From Macrostomum hystrix (Eukaryota > Animalia > Platyhelminthes): a DNA stretch of 64,000 bases. The notes under the pieces were generated by a model. The model saw only the letters and a list, made by a program, of their open reading frames with translations, was not told where the DNA came from and did no database searches. Below, one piece after another: positions 1 through 11,903 of this stretch. Location: the NCBI GenBank assembly GCA_950097015.1, contig CATNEN010000034.1:1426001-1490000 (forward strand). Direction: 5' to 3'. How positions within the stretch are numbered: position 1 is the first letter of the stretch; every line of letters begins with the position of its first letter. The position numbers were made by a program, and so were the translations under genes.

Positions 1-962
1 GGATGGAATATAAATTAAAATTTACTAGTGTGAAAATAATTATGTAATTATCCTAGTATAGCCTGTTCTTAATATGATGTTTACGATTCTGCGAGTACAT
101 ATGATTATGTTAGTATTGTGTTAAGTTAAAAAAGTACTAATAACTTTGTTATTTGCAATGGGGCTGTCGGCATTGATGCATATCGTTTAATTTGGCGGCA
201 GTCAGCATGCAGCTAATGTGACTAAGCCAATTAATTCCACTCTTACCTTCCTGTTATACACTTCTATAAAAAGCGTATACAGATACTCTCGCTCGCATAT
301 CATAAGTCGCTAACAGGGGTGTGATAAATATTTAAACGGAAACAAAGTTAAGCTGAGGAAGATGGATTTGAGCTCAATTAGATAACGCCAGATCATTTAA
401 TAAAAAAACTCATAGTTGCCGTTTTACGGACCAGTGAATAATAAAAGAATGAACTGATCTGTGCAAAAACATTGTGTCTTTAATAGAGAGATTGTTATTT
501 TCAATTTATTTAAAAATATGCTCAAACTTTTCTATTTTCTTTCCTGTCTTAAACTTTTCGTAAGTTAAGTCGTTGTACCCTGATACGTTTTTTTAAAGCT
601 CTTATTTTCTAAGAAACCAATGTTTGGTGCGATTTTATTGGCGATTCACTACGCAAGGTATATATAAATTCTCTACTTCGTTTCTTGCAGACACTAATTA
701 CGCATTTATTCTCTATGCAACTAAACGTGAAAAAATCTGCACATTTTAAGTTTCATTTTACGTCGGGATCGTTTTAGTGTTAGACATTACATTTGTAACA
801 GCTTAAGATTTATTTTATTTTGCTTATATGAAAAGTAAACAGCATCGTAAATAATAGGATATAAATTATAAACTAAAACTGAAAGTTTTTTTGCTTGCCG
901 TTCTAGCCTTGTCCAGTAAAGTTAACACAGGTTCTTCAACAGATAACCAGCAGGATAAACCG

Positions 963-3900
963 ATGACTTCAAGGGCACACTCCAGCTCAAGCTGCAGTCC
1001 TAGAAAGTTTGATGAAAAGATTGCATTGTTAAAGGCAAATGAGTCAGAATCCAATGAAAAGTTTGACAGGTTGTTGTATGAATTGAACGTTCTTAAAGGG
1101 CATGTAAGTATTTTTAAAAAGCTGTCATTTGTTTTAATGATATGGTTTTGTTTCTACTCTAATTTTCAATCGAATCATAGGAACTGTATGACAGAAATTG
1201 GAAATTTATTTCATATAGCTAAGCCCTAATTTAATAAAATCGTTGTCAAGCCTACGCTTAGTATACTGTACATTGTTTTATTGTATTTTTTATCCTCAAC
1301 ATTTTATCCACTATTGCCTAGCTAGGCCTATATCAATTTCGAATCTTGCCATTGGTATTGTACTTTATTGTACTTTATTGTAGCTATTTAGCTGCCTTCT
1401 GGGTGGCCTTAATTTTTTTGGAAATAAAATTACACTTCGAGTAAATTTACAATAAATGTACAAATTTAGGCTAAGTTAGGATCTTCTGGTGAGGTGAAGA
1501 AATGATAAAAATCTGTTGACAAATTTTGGAGATATTCAATTGCAATCAACCAAGTTAGCAAGCAAATAAGATTTTTATGTTTAGCGTAATTGTTTGGTGA
1601 TTTGGAATTTTATGTTTCTTTGTAATATAGAAAGGCTAAAAGAAGCAAGTCCACTTTGTTGCAACTTATGCCTATTGTTTTATTTAATTGTTGTACTGAT
1701 TTTATAACTTGCATAAAATCATATATAAAAAATGCATACATATAAATATGAACCTAAATTTACTTCCAGAGCTAATAACACATGGCATTGCCTGTCATGA
1801 ATTAGTGAAAAAATGGAGGTCATAAATGCTGATTGGTGTAGCTTATGTAGTTTCTATGTCCTAATTAATTTTTTTTCAATGACACATTTTCGATTCTTGG
1901 AAATGGCCAAATAACTTGCTTGTTTTCTATTTAAAATTAAAGAAATTGACAGGAAATGACAATTCAATTGACATTAAAGAAATCACAACATGTTAGGATG
2001 TGCATAATTTTTAATAAACTTGTTTTTGGCAGAAAATTTGAATGCCTAAAGTAGCTTATGGCAGAAATATGCTAAGTAGGCAGTTGAATACTTCAATCTG
2101 TTGTCAGTTAAATGAAATTAAATTGAAAGATATTTTGCACTTTAAGCCACTTCCATGCTGTGTACTTAGGTGTCATTACTGCCCTACACTGTCCCCCCCG
2201 TTGAGTGCAGCTCAGCCCGAACTCTCGTCGAACAGTTTCAACGCCAAATGTAGCTTCGCAAAACTCGGCCAGCCAAGCTGCTGCCCAAGCCGCCGCAGCT
2301 GCAGTGGCCAGCGATGGGCTTGATAATCTCGTTGCTAATGACGCTACTGTCGGCGCTGTTGCAGCGGCATCTGGCGGCCACGGCAGCAGCAGTTCCCCGG
2401 TGCCCATAGCTGCCGGCGGTTGGTACTCCACCAATGCGGCGGCGGCAGCGGCGGCCATTTCTGGGTGTCACTTCCCGGCTGCCGGGCAGTACGGCGGCTC
2501 CAATTACAATGTCAGCTGCACACCGCCATCGGCTACTCTCACTGGCTGCCCGTCGTGTCCCCTAGTAGCTGCTGCTCAGTACGGCGCTAGCGCTGGCATC
2601 GGAGGCAACGGCGCCGGCGTCAGCGGAGGCGGTGGCTACGCCGGAAACGCCGCTGCCTACGCTTCGTCCGCTCAGTGCACGCCGAAGAGGCGCGTTCGCG
2701 ACATGGTCATGTCTCGCGTGCAGCGCTCGCATCCTTATTCCCCTACTAGGGATAGATTCTTTCCCGGCTCTGCTTCCAGCGAGCAACAGCAGCAGCAGCA
2801 GCAGCACTTTTATGTGCAACCTTTGGGAAAGGTATTTTTCAACAGTTACTTTTTCAATTTTAATGTAATATAAGATAGAAATGACACAAAAAGGTACCCA
2901 AAGTTTTATTAAAAAGCAGCTGGGTGAACTTGCTCAAACACAAACTGTTCCCGCCCCAATTACGTATTTCCATTCGACCTTTCAGCAGCAGCAGCAACGC
3001 CACTATCAGCAGCATCACCAGTCGCAGCACGGCCAGCAGTTGCCGTTGGACGACGATGCTCAACAACTGCCAATGTTTCCGCAGCCGAGGCGCGCTTCGT
3101 CCGACACGAACATTGCCGAGCGGCTTCTTCAGCGTCGCTCGCCGTCTGAGCAACCCTCAGCAGAGCAGCAGCAGCAGCAGGTGTTGTTGCAGCATCAGCA
3201 GCAGCAGTTCATGATACCTTTGTCGGATGAGCCATTTAGCCAGCAGCAGCAGGCGGTGGATCTTCAACAGCTGTTCCAGTACCAACCAGTTCAGCACCGG
3301 CCTAGGCTTCACGATGACATGATCCGGCTTAGTCTCGGCAGCTTCGCCGGCCATTTCGGCCAGGCCTCTCTAAGTTGCTCCGCCTCCTATGCCGAGCAGT
3401 TGGGCCTGCATGCGGATCCTAGCAGTGCCGGTACTCCTGCTGCTGCTGTTTCCGCGACCCCTGGCGCTATCCCCGAGATCCAGGTCTGTGTGCCGCCATC
3501 TGGAATCTGAGGCTGGTTTGTGGAATCTGAGGCTGGTTTGTGGTATCTGTGGCTGGTTTTTGGAATCTGAGGCTGGTTTGTTGAATCTGTGGCTGGTTTG
3601 TGGAATCTGTGGCTGGTTTGTGGAATCTGTGGCTGGTTTGTTGAATCTGTGGCTGGTTTGTGGAATCTGTGGCTGGTTTGTGGTATCTGTAGCTGGTTTG
3701 TGGTATCTGTGGCTGTTTTGTGGTATCTGTGGCTGTTTTGTGGTATCTGTGGCTGGTTTGTGGTATCTGTGGCTGGTTTGTGGTATCTGTGGCTGGTTTG
3801 TGGTATCTGTGGCTGGTTTGTGGTATCTGTGGCTGGTTTGTGGTATCTGTGGCTGGTTTGTGGTATCTGTGGCTGGTTTGTGGTATCTGTGGCTGGTTTG

Positions 3901-6900
3901 TGGTATCTGTGGCTGGTTTGTGGTATCTGTGGCTGGTTTGTGGTATCTGTGGCTGGTTTGTGGTATCTGTGGCTGGTTTGTGGTATCTGTGGCTGGTTTG
4001 TGGTATCTGTGGCTGGTTTGTGGTATCTGTGGCTGGTTTGTTGAATCTGTGGCTGGTTTGTGGTATCTGAGGCTGGTTTGTGGTATCTGTGGCTGGTTTG
4101 TGGTATCTGTGGCTGGTTTGTGGTATCTGTGGCTTGTTTGTGGTATCTGTGGCTGGTTTGTGGTATCTGAGGCTGGTTTGTGGTATCTGTGGTTGGCTTC
4201 CATCCACTGAAATAGCTAAACATCTGACCACTAAAGAAGTTAAGGGGGCTTCTGCCCATCGGCTCATGGACTTTCAACAGTATTTGGGATTGTAAACACG
4301 GTTGTTTTTTAATTCGCAGAGGTATTTTTCAGCTGGCTGAGGCTTCAGGTAGCTTTGTGTATTCTTTTCTGACCAGCTTTGATTAGGCCTGTCATTTTTC
4401 TGTCGTTAAAAATATATTGTAAAATCTGCCGTAACGCACCTGATGCCCGCTGTTTGGGATAAGGCCAGGTTCGCGGGTTGGAATCAAGGGGGATTTTCTA
4501 ACCGCTCAACCACCGCCCCCGCCCATGCAGGTGACGCACAGCATGTGCCAGAGTCCGAGCGTGTATGGTGAAGACTGCTGCGGCGACGACGTGCCCGAAG
4601 CTGCGGGCGTCGCGGTTGGAATTGGCGACAATTCTGACGCGCCGCCGGATCAGCAGGATCAGCTCGGACTGTTTGAGACCGACGAGGATATGAACAATGC
4701 GGGTGAGCCCGCTATTGTTCTGAGCAGCCTTCTGAGCAGATTATTCAGAATCAGGATGAGTGTTACTGATGCGCGGGTTATCACTGATAAGCATTTGGGA
4801 TATAAGGGATTATCAGGATTAAGGATTACTGAAATAAAGGATTATCATGTCTAAGGATTGCTGAGATAAATGACTATCAGGTAGTGGAATTAGCAATGCG
4901 GCGGATTATTAATGATTTTTAATATTTTTTTATATATGGGATTTTCGGGATTAAGGGTTCCTGTAATTAAGGCTATAATAAAGGATTATCAGTATGAGGA
5001 TTAGTGATGCAGCGGATATCAGTGATCCACTGATCGAGTTTAATTAAGCCAATATCCGGATAATTAAGGACAAATATTGGGATAGCAGGGGATCATTCGG
5101 ATCAGAATTATAGCTAAGGAGGATTATCTGAGATATGAGTTAAGAATGAAGTACGCTATTGAGAATCGGGAATGATACCTGGACATTTCATGATTAAAAG
5201 ACAGCAATCACTATTTGGCCTCGGCTTCCGAGCAGAATTGCAATTAGATCAACTGAAGATTCTTTCCCTCCTGCGCATCTGCACTGAAGGATCCGCCTGA
5301 ATCGCAGGAAAAATTTAATCTCTTCTCCTTCCTATTTACTTAGCTGCGGGATTTTCAATAACTGCCCTGTCCCTATCCTACACGTCCCTATATGCCTCGC
5401 GTGTTCCCAGCATCTCACTTCAGCGCATTTCCCTTTTCAATGGAGCAGCTCGCATGGCAATTGGCTAGCGCCCTGATGGGATTCCTCATTCACTATCCGC
5501 TACATTTTGTATTATCTGTCCCACTTTTAGGCCCTTATAATTTTCCCATCAGCTAGCTATTACGCGTTGCGTCTTTGTTATTTTGCTTTGCCTCGAGTTT
5601 CTAAGCGAATGCCTATTATTTCCTACGCAAAATCACGGAAAAAAGTACACGACAGTTTCATTTTTACATTTTAACAGACTTCGATTAGCACATTCGGTAA
5701 TAACCAGCCAAGAGTGAGCTTTATTCTACATTTACCATATATTCCTATACTCGTATTCTGATTGGCTAGTGAGAGACGAGATTTATTGAACATTTTGCCA
5801 GACCTCCCTATTCTCGTATTCTGATTGGCTAGTGAGAGACGAGATTTATTGAACATTTTGCCAGACCTCCCTATTCTCGTATTCTGATTGGCTAGTATAA
5901 GATGAGATTTATTGAACATATTTTGCCAGACCTCCCTATACTCGTATTCTGATTGGCTAGTGAGAGACGAGATTTATTGAACATTTTGCCAGACCTCCCT
6001 ATACTCGTATTCTGATTGGCTAGTGAGAGACGAGATTTATTGAACAATTTGCCAGACCTCCCTATACTCGTATTCTGATTGGCTCGTGAGAGACGAGATT
6101 TATTGAACATTTACTAGGGCTTCCCATACTAACATTCTACTTGGCTAGCGAGACGGGAAATTACTCGTATTTCTGATTTTCTGGCTTCAATTCTACTGTC
6201 GCCATTAGCTAAAGAAAGTTTCTAGAATTGTTTTAAAAAAAACAATAAACAGGGAAGCCCTACTAACCTACTTAGCCACTAACGGATTAGCTGAATATTC
6301 GGATTCTAATAACTGCATAAAGCTGCTAATAAATGTGGATTAAATTTACTTTCTCTCGCCACAGCACACTACGTTTGTTTATAGTTTCATTTCGGCCTGT
6401 TTACACAGTAAAAAATCAAGAGACTGCTTCAAGAGACTGCTTTAGAGGCTCTAGTTTAGGGAGTCACGTGTGGGCAAGGGGGAGAAAGTGGAACTGGATA
6501 GGCTAGGAATTTCCTAAGGGCCTTAGTGAGAGGCCTCACCGAGCAGGCAAAAGAGGTATAAATAGAAAGCCTTAGGTCTGGGAAAAATAGGGATAGATAG
6601 ATGTGGAGCTCCCGAGTAGGGATTTTTAAGTACACTGATGCAGCAGCAGCAGCAGCAAGGGGACTGCTCGCCGTCTGCTCAAACTCCCCTTCAAGCATAG
6701 GTGAAAAAGCGAGAGAGAGAGAGAGTGATGAGATTCGACAACCGTATACTGGAAAGCTTTCTCTCTACCCCATCGGTTCGCTGCTCCTTCCTTGCCGATT
6801 TCTGCTTGTGCCCGAGGCCTGCGGCTGTTTATGAAATGAGGGGCGCTAGTGGCAGTTGTCTATGGGGACAACCGCTTTGTGTGTGTTTTTTATCCATTTG

Positions 6901-8770
6901 TTATCCAATGTCTGTCTGTCTCACTCTCTTTTCCTGTTCGTCAGTTTGTCCTGGGTCCAGTTCATCCATTTATCCATCCTTAGTGCGATCTTAGTATGAT
7001 CTACCTCTCTGTCCTGAATGTCTGTCTATAAATGTCTGTTCTTTTTGTTTGTCTATCCATCAACCTGTCTCGGGTATCTGTCCATCTATCTGTCTGTAAC
7101 AGGTGTCCATTAGTCCATTAGTCTGTCCCGAGTGTCTGTCTATTCATCAGTCTGTCCCGAGTGTCTATCCATCCATCAGTCTGTCCCGAATGTCTGTCCA
7201 TTCATCAGTCTGTCCCGAGTGTCTGTCCATCCATCAGTCTGTCCCGAGTGTCTGTCCATTCATCAGTCTGTCCCGAGTGTCTGTCCATTTATCAGTCTGT
7301 CCCGAGTGTCTGTCCATTCATCAGTCTGTCCCTAGTGTCTATCCATCCATCAGTCTGTCCCGAGTGTCTGTCCATTTATCAGTCTGTCCCTAGTGTCTAT
7401 CCATCCATCAATCTGTCCCGAGTGTCTGTCCATCCATCAGTCTGTCCCGAGTGTCTGTCCATTCATCAGTCTGTCCCGAGTGTCTGTCCATTTATCAGTC
7501 TGTCCCGAGTGTCTGTCCATTCATCAGTCTGTCCCTAGTGTCTATCCATCCATCAGTCTGTCCCGAGTGTCTGTCCATTTATCAGTCTGTCCCTAGTGTC
7601 TATCCATCCATCAATCTGTCCCGAGTGTCTGTCCATTCATCAGTCTGTCCCTAGTGTCTATCCATCCATCAGTCTGTCCCGAGTGTCTGTCCATTTATCA
7701 GTCTGTCCCTAGTGTCTATCCATCCATCAGTCTGTCCCGAGTGTCTGTCCATTTATCAGTCTGTCCCTAGTGTCTATCCATCCATCAGTCTGTCCCGAGT
7801 GTCTGTCCATTCATCAGTCTGTCCCGAGTGTCTGTCCATCCGTCAGTCTGTCCCGAGTGTCTGTCCATTCATCAGTCTGTCCCTAGTGTCTATCCATCCA
7901 TCAGTCTGTCCCGAGTGTCTGTCCATTTATCAGTCTGTCCCTAGTGTCTATCCATCCATCAGTCTGTCCCGAGTGTCTGTCCATTCATCAGTCTGTCCCG
8001 AGTGTCTGTCCATCCGTCAGTCTGTCCCGAGTGTCTGTCCATTCATCAGTCTGTCCCTAGTGTCTATCCATCCATCAGTCTGTCCCGAGTGTCTGTCCAT
8101 TTATCAGTCTGTCCCTAGTGTCTATCCATCCATCAATCTGTCCCGAGTGTCTGTCCCGAGTGTCTGTCCCGAGTGTCTGTCCATCCGTCAGTCTGTCCCG
8201 AGTGTCTGTCCATCCGTCAGTCTGTCCCGAGTGTCTGTCCCGAGTGTCTGTCCATCCTTCAGTCTGTCTTTAGCAGCCCTGTTCGCCGCGCCCTGCTGGC
8301 TACCGCCTGTCCGTAGTCTTGATTGTCTTGACACGCTCGAGTTCCGGTCCGCCCACCTGAGTGCCTGAGACTATGGGCTAAACTGATGGCCTTCGCTATC
8401 GCTGACTGTGCTAGCATCTCATTGCTCTCTGCATCCGACCGCTCCTCTTCTCTTCACCCCTTCTCCTCTGTCCTCTTTGTCAGTTCTCCTCTCTCTTCTT
8501 CATCCCCTTTATTTTTCATATTTATCCCATTTTCTCGCTCCTCTTTTCATTCCCGTCTCCACCTTTCTCATGTTTCTTTTCGCCACCTTGCCTCTCCTTT
8601 TCCAATATTTAGTTTGGCTTTTCTGTCCCATCTCAAGCACTTCTTCCTGGCTTTTTGTAGCCCGTCGCGACTCGTACACAATGGCCACTGAGGTCCTCGC
8701 CAGTCTTGACAACAGCGTCGACGGTGCAACCGGAGATGACTTAAGGCATCGTAAGCAGCAACAGCAATAG
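963..8770 (+). CDS. CRTC: CREB-regulated transcription coactivator (CRTC/TORC)-like, multi-exon; proposed exons 963-1103, 2211-2831, 2986-3483, 4531-4702, 8661-8770
   Basis: Exon 1 encodes SPRKFDEKIALLKANESESNEKFDRLLYEL, matching the CRTC N-terminal CREB-binding motif (PRKFSEKIAL...). RRASSDTNI resembles the CRTC RxxSDS phosphosite. IPEIQ|VT resembles the C-terminal IPNIILT motif. GT/AG junctions are phase-compatible. The last exon is less certain and small exons may be missed. Confidence 0.72.
3500..4196. repeat. 20-bp minisatellite (TGGTATCTGTGGCTGGTTTG)n, ~35 copies, in CRTC intron 3
   Basis: Visible 20-nt periodicity starting just after the donor at 3484. It explains all repetitive ORFs at 3370-4295. 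Confidence 0.97.
5745..6170. repeat. 63-bp tandem repeat, ~6.5 copies, each with ATTGG (CCAAT) inside a CTCGT...ACGAG inverted pair
   Basis: Unit CTCGTATTCTGATTGGCTAGTGAGAGACGAGATTTATTGAACATTTTGCCAGACCTCCCTAT(A/T) starts near 5750, 5813, 5876, 5941, 6004 and 6067. Confidence 0.93.
7110..8255. repeat. 29-bp minisatellite (TCAGTCTGTCCCGAGTGTCTGTCCATTCA)n, ~39 copies
   Basis: Visible periodicity; source of the repetitive ORFs at 7103-8368. Confidence 0.96.
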
Positions 8771-9279
8771 CAGCAGCAGTAACTGCTGCTGTAACATTCA
8801 ATTAATCAGTGGTCAAACGTTATCTTCTCTAGCCTGTTCTTTTGTCTAATTTATTTGCTGTTTTCGCGGCTCGTAGGTCGTATTTTTCACTTATGCTCCT
8901 ACATAGTTGTAAATGACTTTTCAAGCAATTAAAATCATTATATCTTATTGCTTTAGTCTCTGCAGTGTCCATTTTCATTGTCATTTTCTTACTCCAAGCT
9001 GTAACGCATTATATATACATCGTGTAACCAACTTTACACAGTTTCGACGAAAAGATTATTCAACGTCCGCTGAGTATCACAGCCGAGTAATTGCAGGTAG
9101 CGAAACGAATTAAAATTTATTGTATGCTTTTCTCAGCTTTACTGGTTGACTACTTGTTTACGCTAATTTTCTAGTCCTGATTTATAATTGATGTACTTCA
9201 GTACATTGATGTATACTAGCGAAAGCTATTTCGAAAGTTCTGTTTGCACCGCTTGACCGGAGGATAATTTGTCACAAAT

Positions 9280-9820
9280 CCTGTGTTCCTACCCCGATGT
9301 ACATTCAGATCCGACCCTCATTTCCTACCCGAATATACACCCAGATCAGACAAATTTCCTACCCCTATAATGTACATTCAGATCCGACCATAATTTCCTA
9401 CCCCAATGCACACCAGATCAGGCTTATATCCTACCCGTTTGTACATCTAGATCAGACTGCCACTTCCTTCCCCAATGAACATCCAAATTAGACTAATTTC
9501 CTACCACTATGTACATTCTGATCAGACTAATTTCCTACCCCTATTTACATTTAGATCAGACTACTAATTTCCTACCCCTATGTACATCCAGGTCAGACTC
9601 ATTTCCTACCCCAATGTGCATCCAGATCAGACTAATTTCCTACCCCTATGTACATCTAGATCAGACTAATTTCCTACCCCTATGTACATCCAGGTCAGAC
9701 TCATTTCCTACCCCAATGTGCATCCAGATCAAACTAATTTCGGACCCCTTTATACATCTAGATCAGACTCATTTCCTACCCGAATGTACATGAAGATCCG
9801 ACTCATTTTCTACACTAATG
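9280..9820. repeat. Degenerate minisatellite (ATGTACA...AGATCAGACTAATTTCCTACCCC)n
   Basis: Repeated ATGTACA/AGATCAGA/TTTCCTACCC blocks with variable unit length; related to the 11120-11720 array. Confidence 0.85.
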
Positions 9821-11119
9821 TATGTCTTCAAAGTGACTGCTATATAAATTTCCTGAGATTAGAACTACATCATTTGGCTGTTTAATTTATTTTTGCTTTG
9901 AAAATTATAACTTCGCTGTAAACCCTTCATTGAAATTCTGTTAACAATTTCCTGTCATTCTGTGTGCAGTTCCTTTGACATCGTCAGGCCCCCACCTGTT
10001 TAGGCCTGTTATCGTCTGTTGTTTTATGTATTGTCTTTCGGGAAAAAAGGGGGATTGTAAAATTAAACTTTTTGACTCGAATTTTTCTGTTGTCAGGCTT
10101 CTCTGCATCAGTTCAGATTTTTTACCTGATTCAATTTTCCTTTTTTACACCGTTTTACTACATTCGAACTAATCAACGCACACGTGTTTTAACTCAGAGT
10201 ATTCAGGCTTTATAGATGATTTAGCGCAGCCGTGTTAGTTTTTATTTTGGTATTCTATTTATTTGTGATCCAATTCTGTTTTCGTTGCAGCTTTCAGTAT
10301 TGTCCGCTTTTTCATTTTTGTTTTCTAACCTTGTCGTAGACATTTTTGTATTGAGAGTCTAGTCGGGTACTTTTTGATTAAATATATTTATTGACTATTT
10401 ATTATTCGCATTTTTGCAAGCTAAATTTGGTTTATCCATGATTAATAATGAAACATCTGTTTCGTTATTTTAGTCATTTTTACACAATTGTAGACCAACC
10501 TCAATTCCGTTAGTCCCTTCATTTTTATCCCTTTCACTTCCCTCGGAAATGGGGACCAGCTGTTTCGTTTTGCTTAAATATCAGCACCTTATCAGGGACT
10601 TATACTTCCCATTTTGAAATTGTTGCCTATTAACTTGTATTCAACTGAAAGAACAGTTAAGCTTGACGAGCTTGCAACAATGAGCATTTTTGCTTGAATT
10701 TTACCGAGGCAACCGAACAATAGCCTCTTTTATTTTACTGGTCAACTTTTAGGCAGGAATCTTGAAATCTATTTAGTCATATTAAGCTTTATTTTCTTGT
10801 CATGTCATGTCATGTCATAAAATATTTTTTTATATTGTTGTGCCCCTGTTAGGCAGATAAAGGTGTCTCATTGTCTTTTTCGAACAGTTGTTTTCATCAG
10901 TTAGTTTTTGAGTTGATAATTATAAAATCGTCTGTCTGTGTGTATGTTTTTGTGCTCTAAAAACTTGCCAAAAATATGTTGATCTGTTTTTTCGTCTTTT
11001 CTTTTGTTTCAGACTGCTATGATTTTATAGTTATTACCAAGGCATTGTTGAAAACTATATTTAGGGCTTCTTCACACAGTCATCAGATGAGCCAACCCAC
11101 TCATATTTACCTTTACTTC

Positions 11120-11720
11120 CTATCGCAATGTACACCATGATCAGACCTAATTTTTTACCCGAATGTACACCTAAATTAGACCTTTATTTGCTACCCCAAT
11201 GTACACCAAGATCAGACCCTAATTTTTTACCCCAAAGTACACCCAGATAAGAACTTTTTGCTACCCTAATGTACACCAAGATCAGATCCTAATTTTCTAC
11301 CCCAATGTACACCAAGATCAGATCCTAATTTTCTACCCCAATGTACACCAAGATCATATCCTAATTTTCTGCCCCCGATGTACACCAAGATCAGATCCTA
11401 ATTTTCTATCCCAATGTACACCAAGATCAGATCCTAATTTTCTGCCCCAATGTACACCAAGATCAGATCCTAATTTTCTGCCCCAATGTACACCAAGATC
11501 AGATCCTAATTTTCTGCCCCAATGTACACCAAGATCAGATCCTAATTTTCTGCCCCAATGTACACCAAGATCAGATCCTAATTTTCTGCCCCAATGTACA
11601 CCAAGATCAGATCCTAATTTTCTATCCCAATGTACACCAAGATCAGATCCTAATTTTCTGCCCCAATGTACACCCAGATTATAGTTTTTTTCCTACCCCA
11701 ATGTGCACCCAGATCAAACT
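11120..11720. repeat. ~35-bp minisatellite (AATGTACACCAAGATCAGATCCTAATTTTCTGCCCC)n
   Basis: Near-perfect tandem copies at 11260-11680. Confidence 0.93.
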
Positions 11721-11903
11721 CACAATTATTTACCAAAATTTACGCCTAGATCAGACAGGAATTTTTTCGTAGCGATTGGCTAAATAGTTTAGTTAGATAA
11801 GTAAGGCAAAATATTTGAAGAAGGCTAAAAAGGCAGTTAGCACTGGCTATTAGAAATCAAGAATCGGACAGGGGGAATCAAGCGCGGATTCTGCTGCTTT
11901 CAG

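Noticed and set aside
3370-4295. Long ORFs on both strands (up to 296 aa) with QPQIPQTSHRYHKP or Cys/Trp-rich repeats
   Set aside because: They are translations of a 20-bp minisatellite; a non-triplet unit cycles through frames, so they are not coding.
7103-8368. Cys/Ser/Pro-rich repetitive ORFs
   Set aside because: Products of the 29-bp minisatellite.
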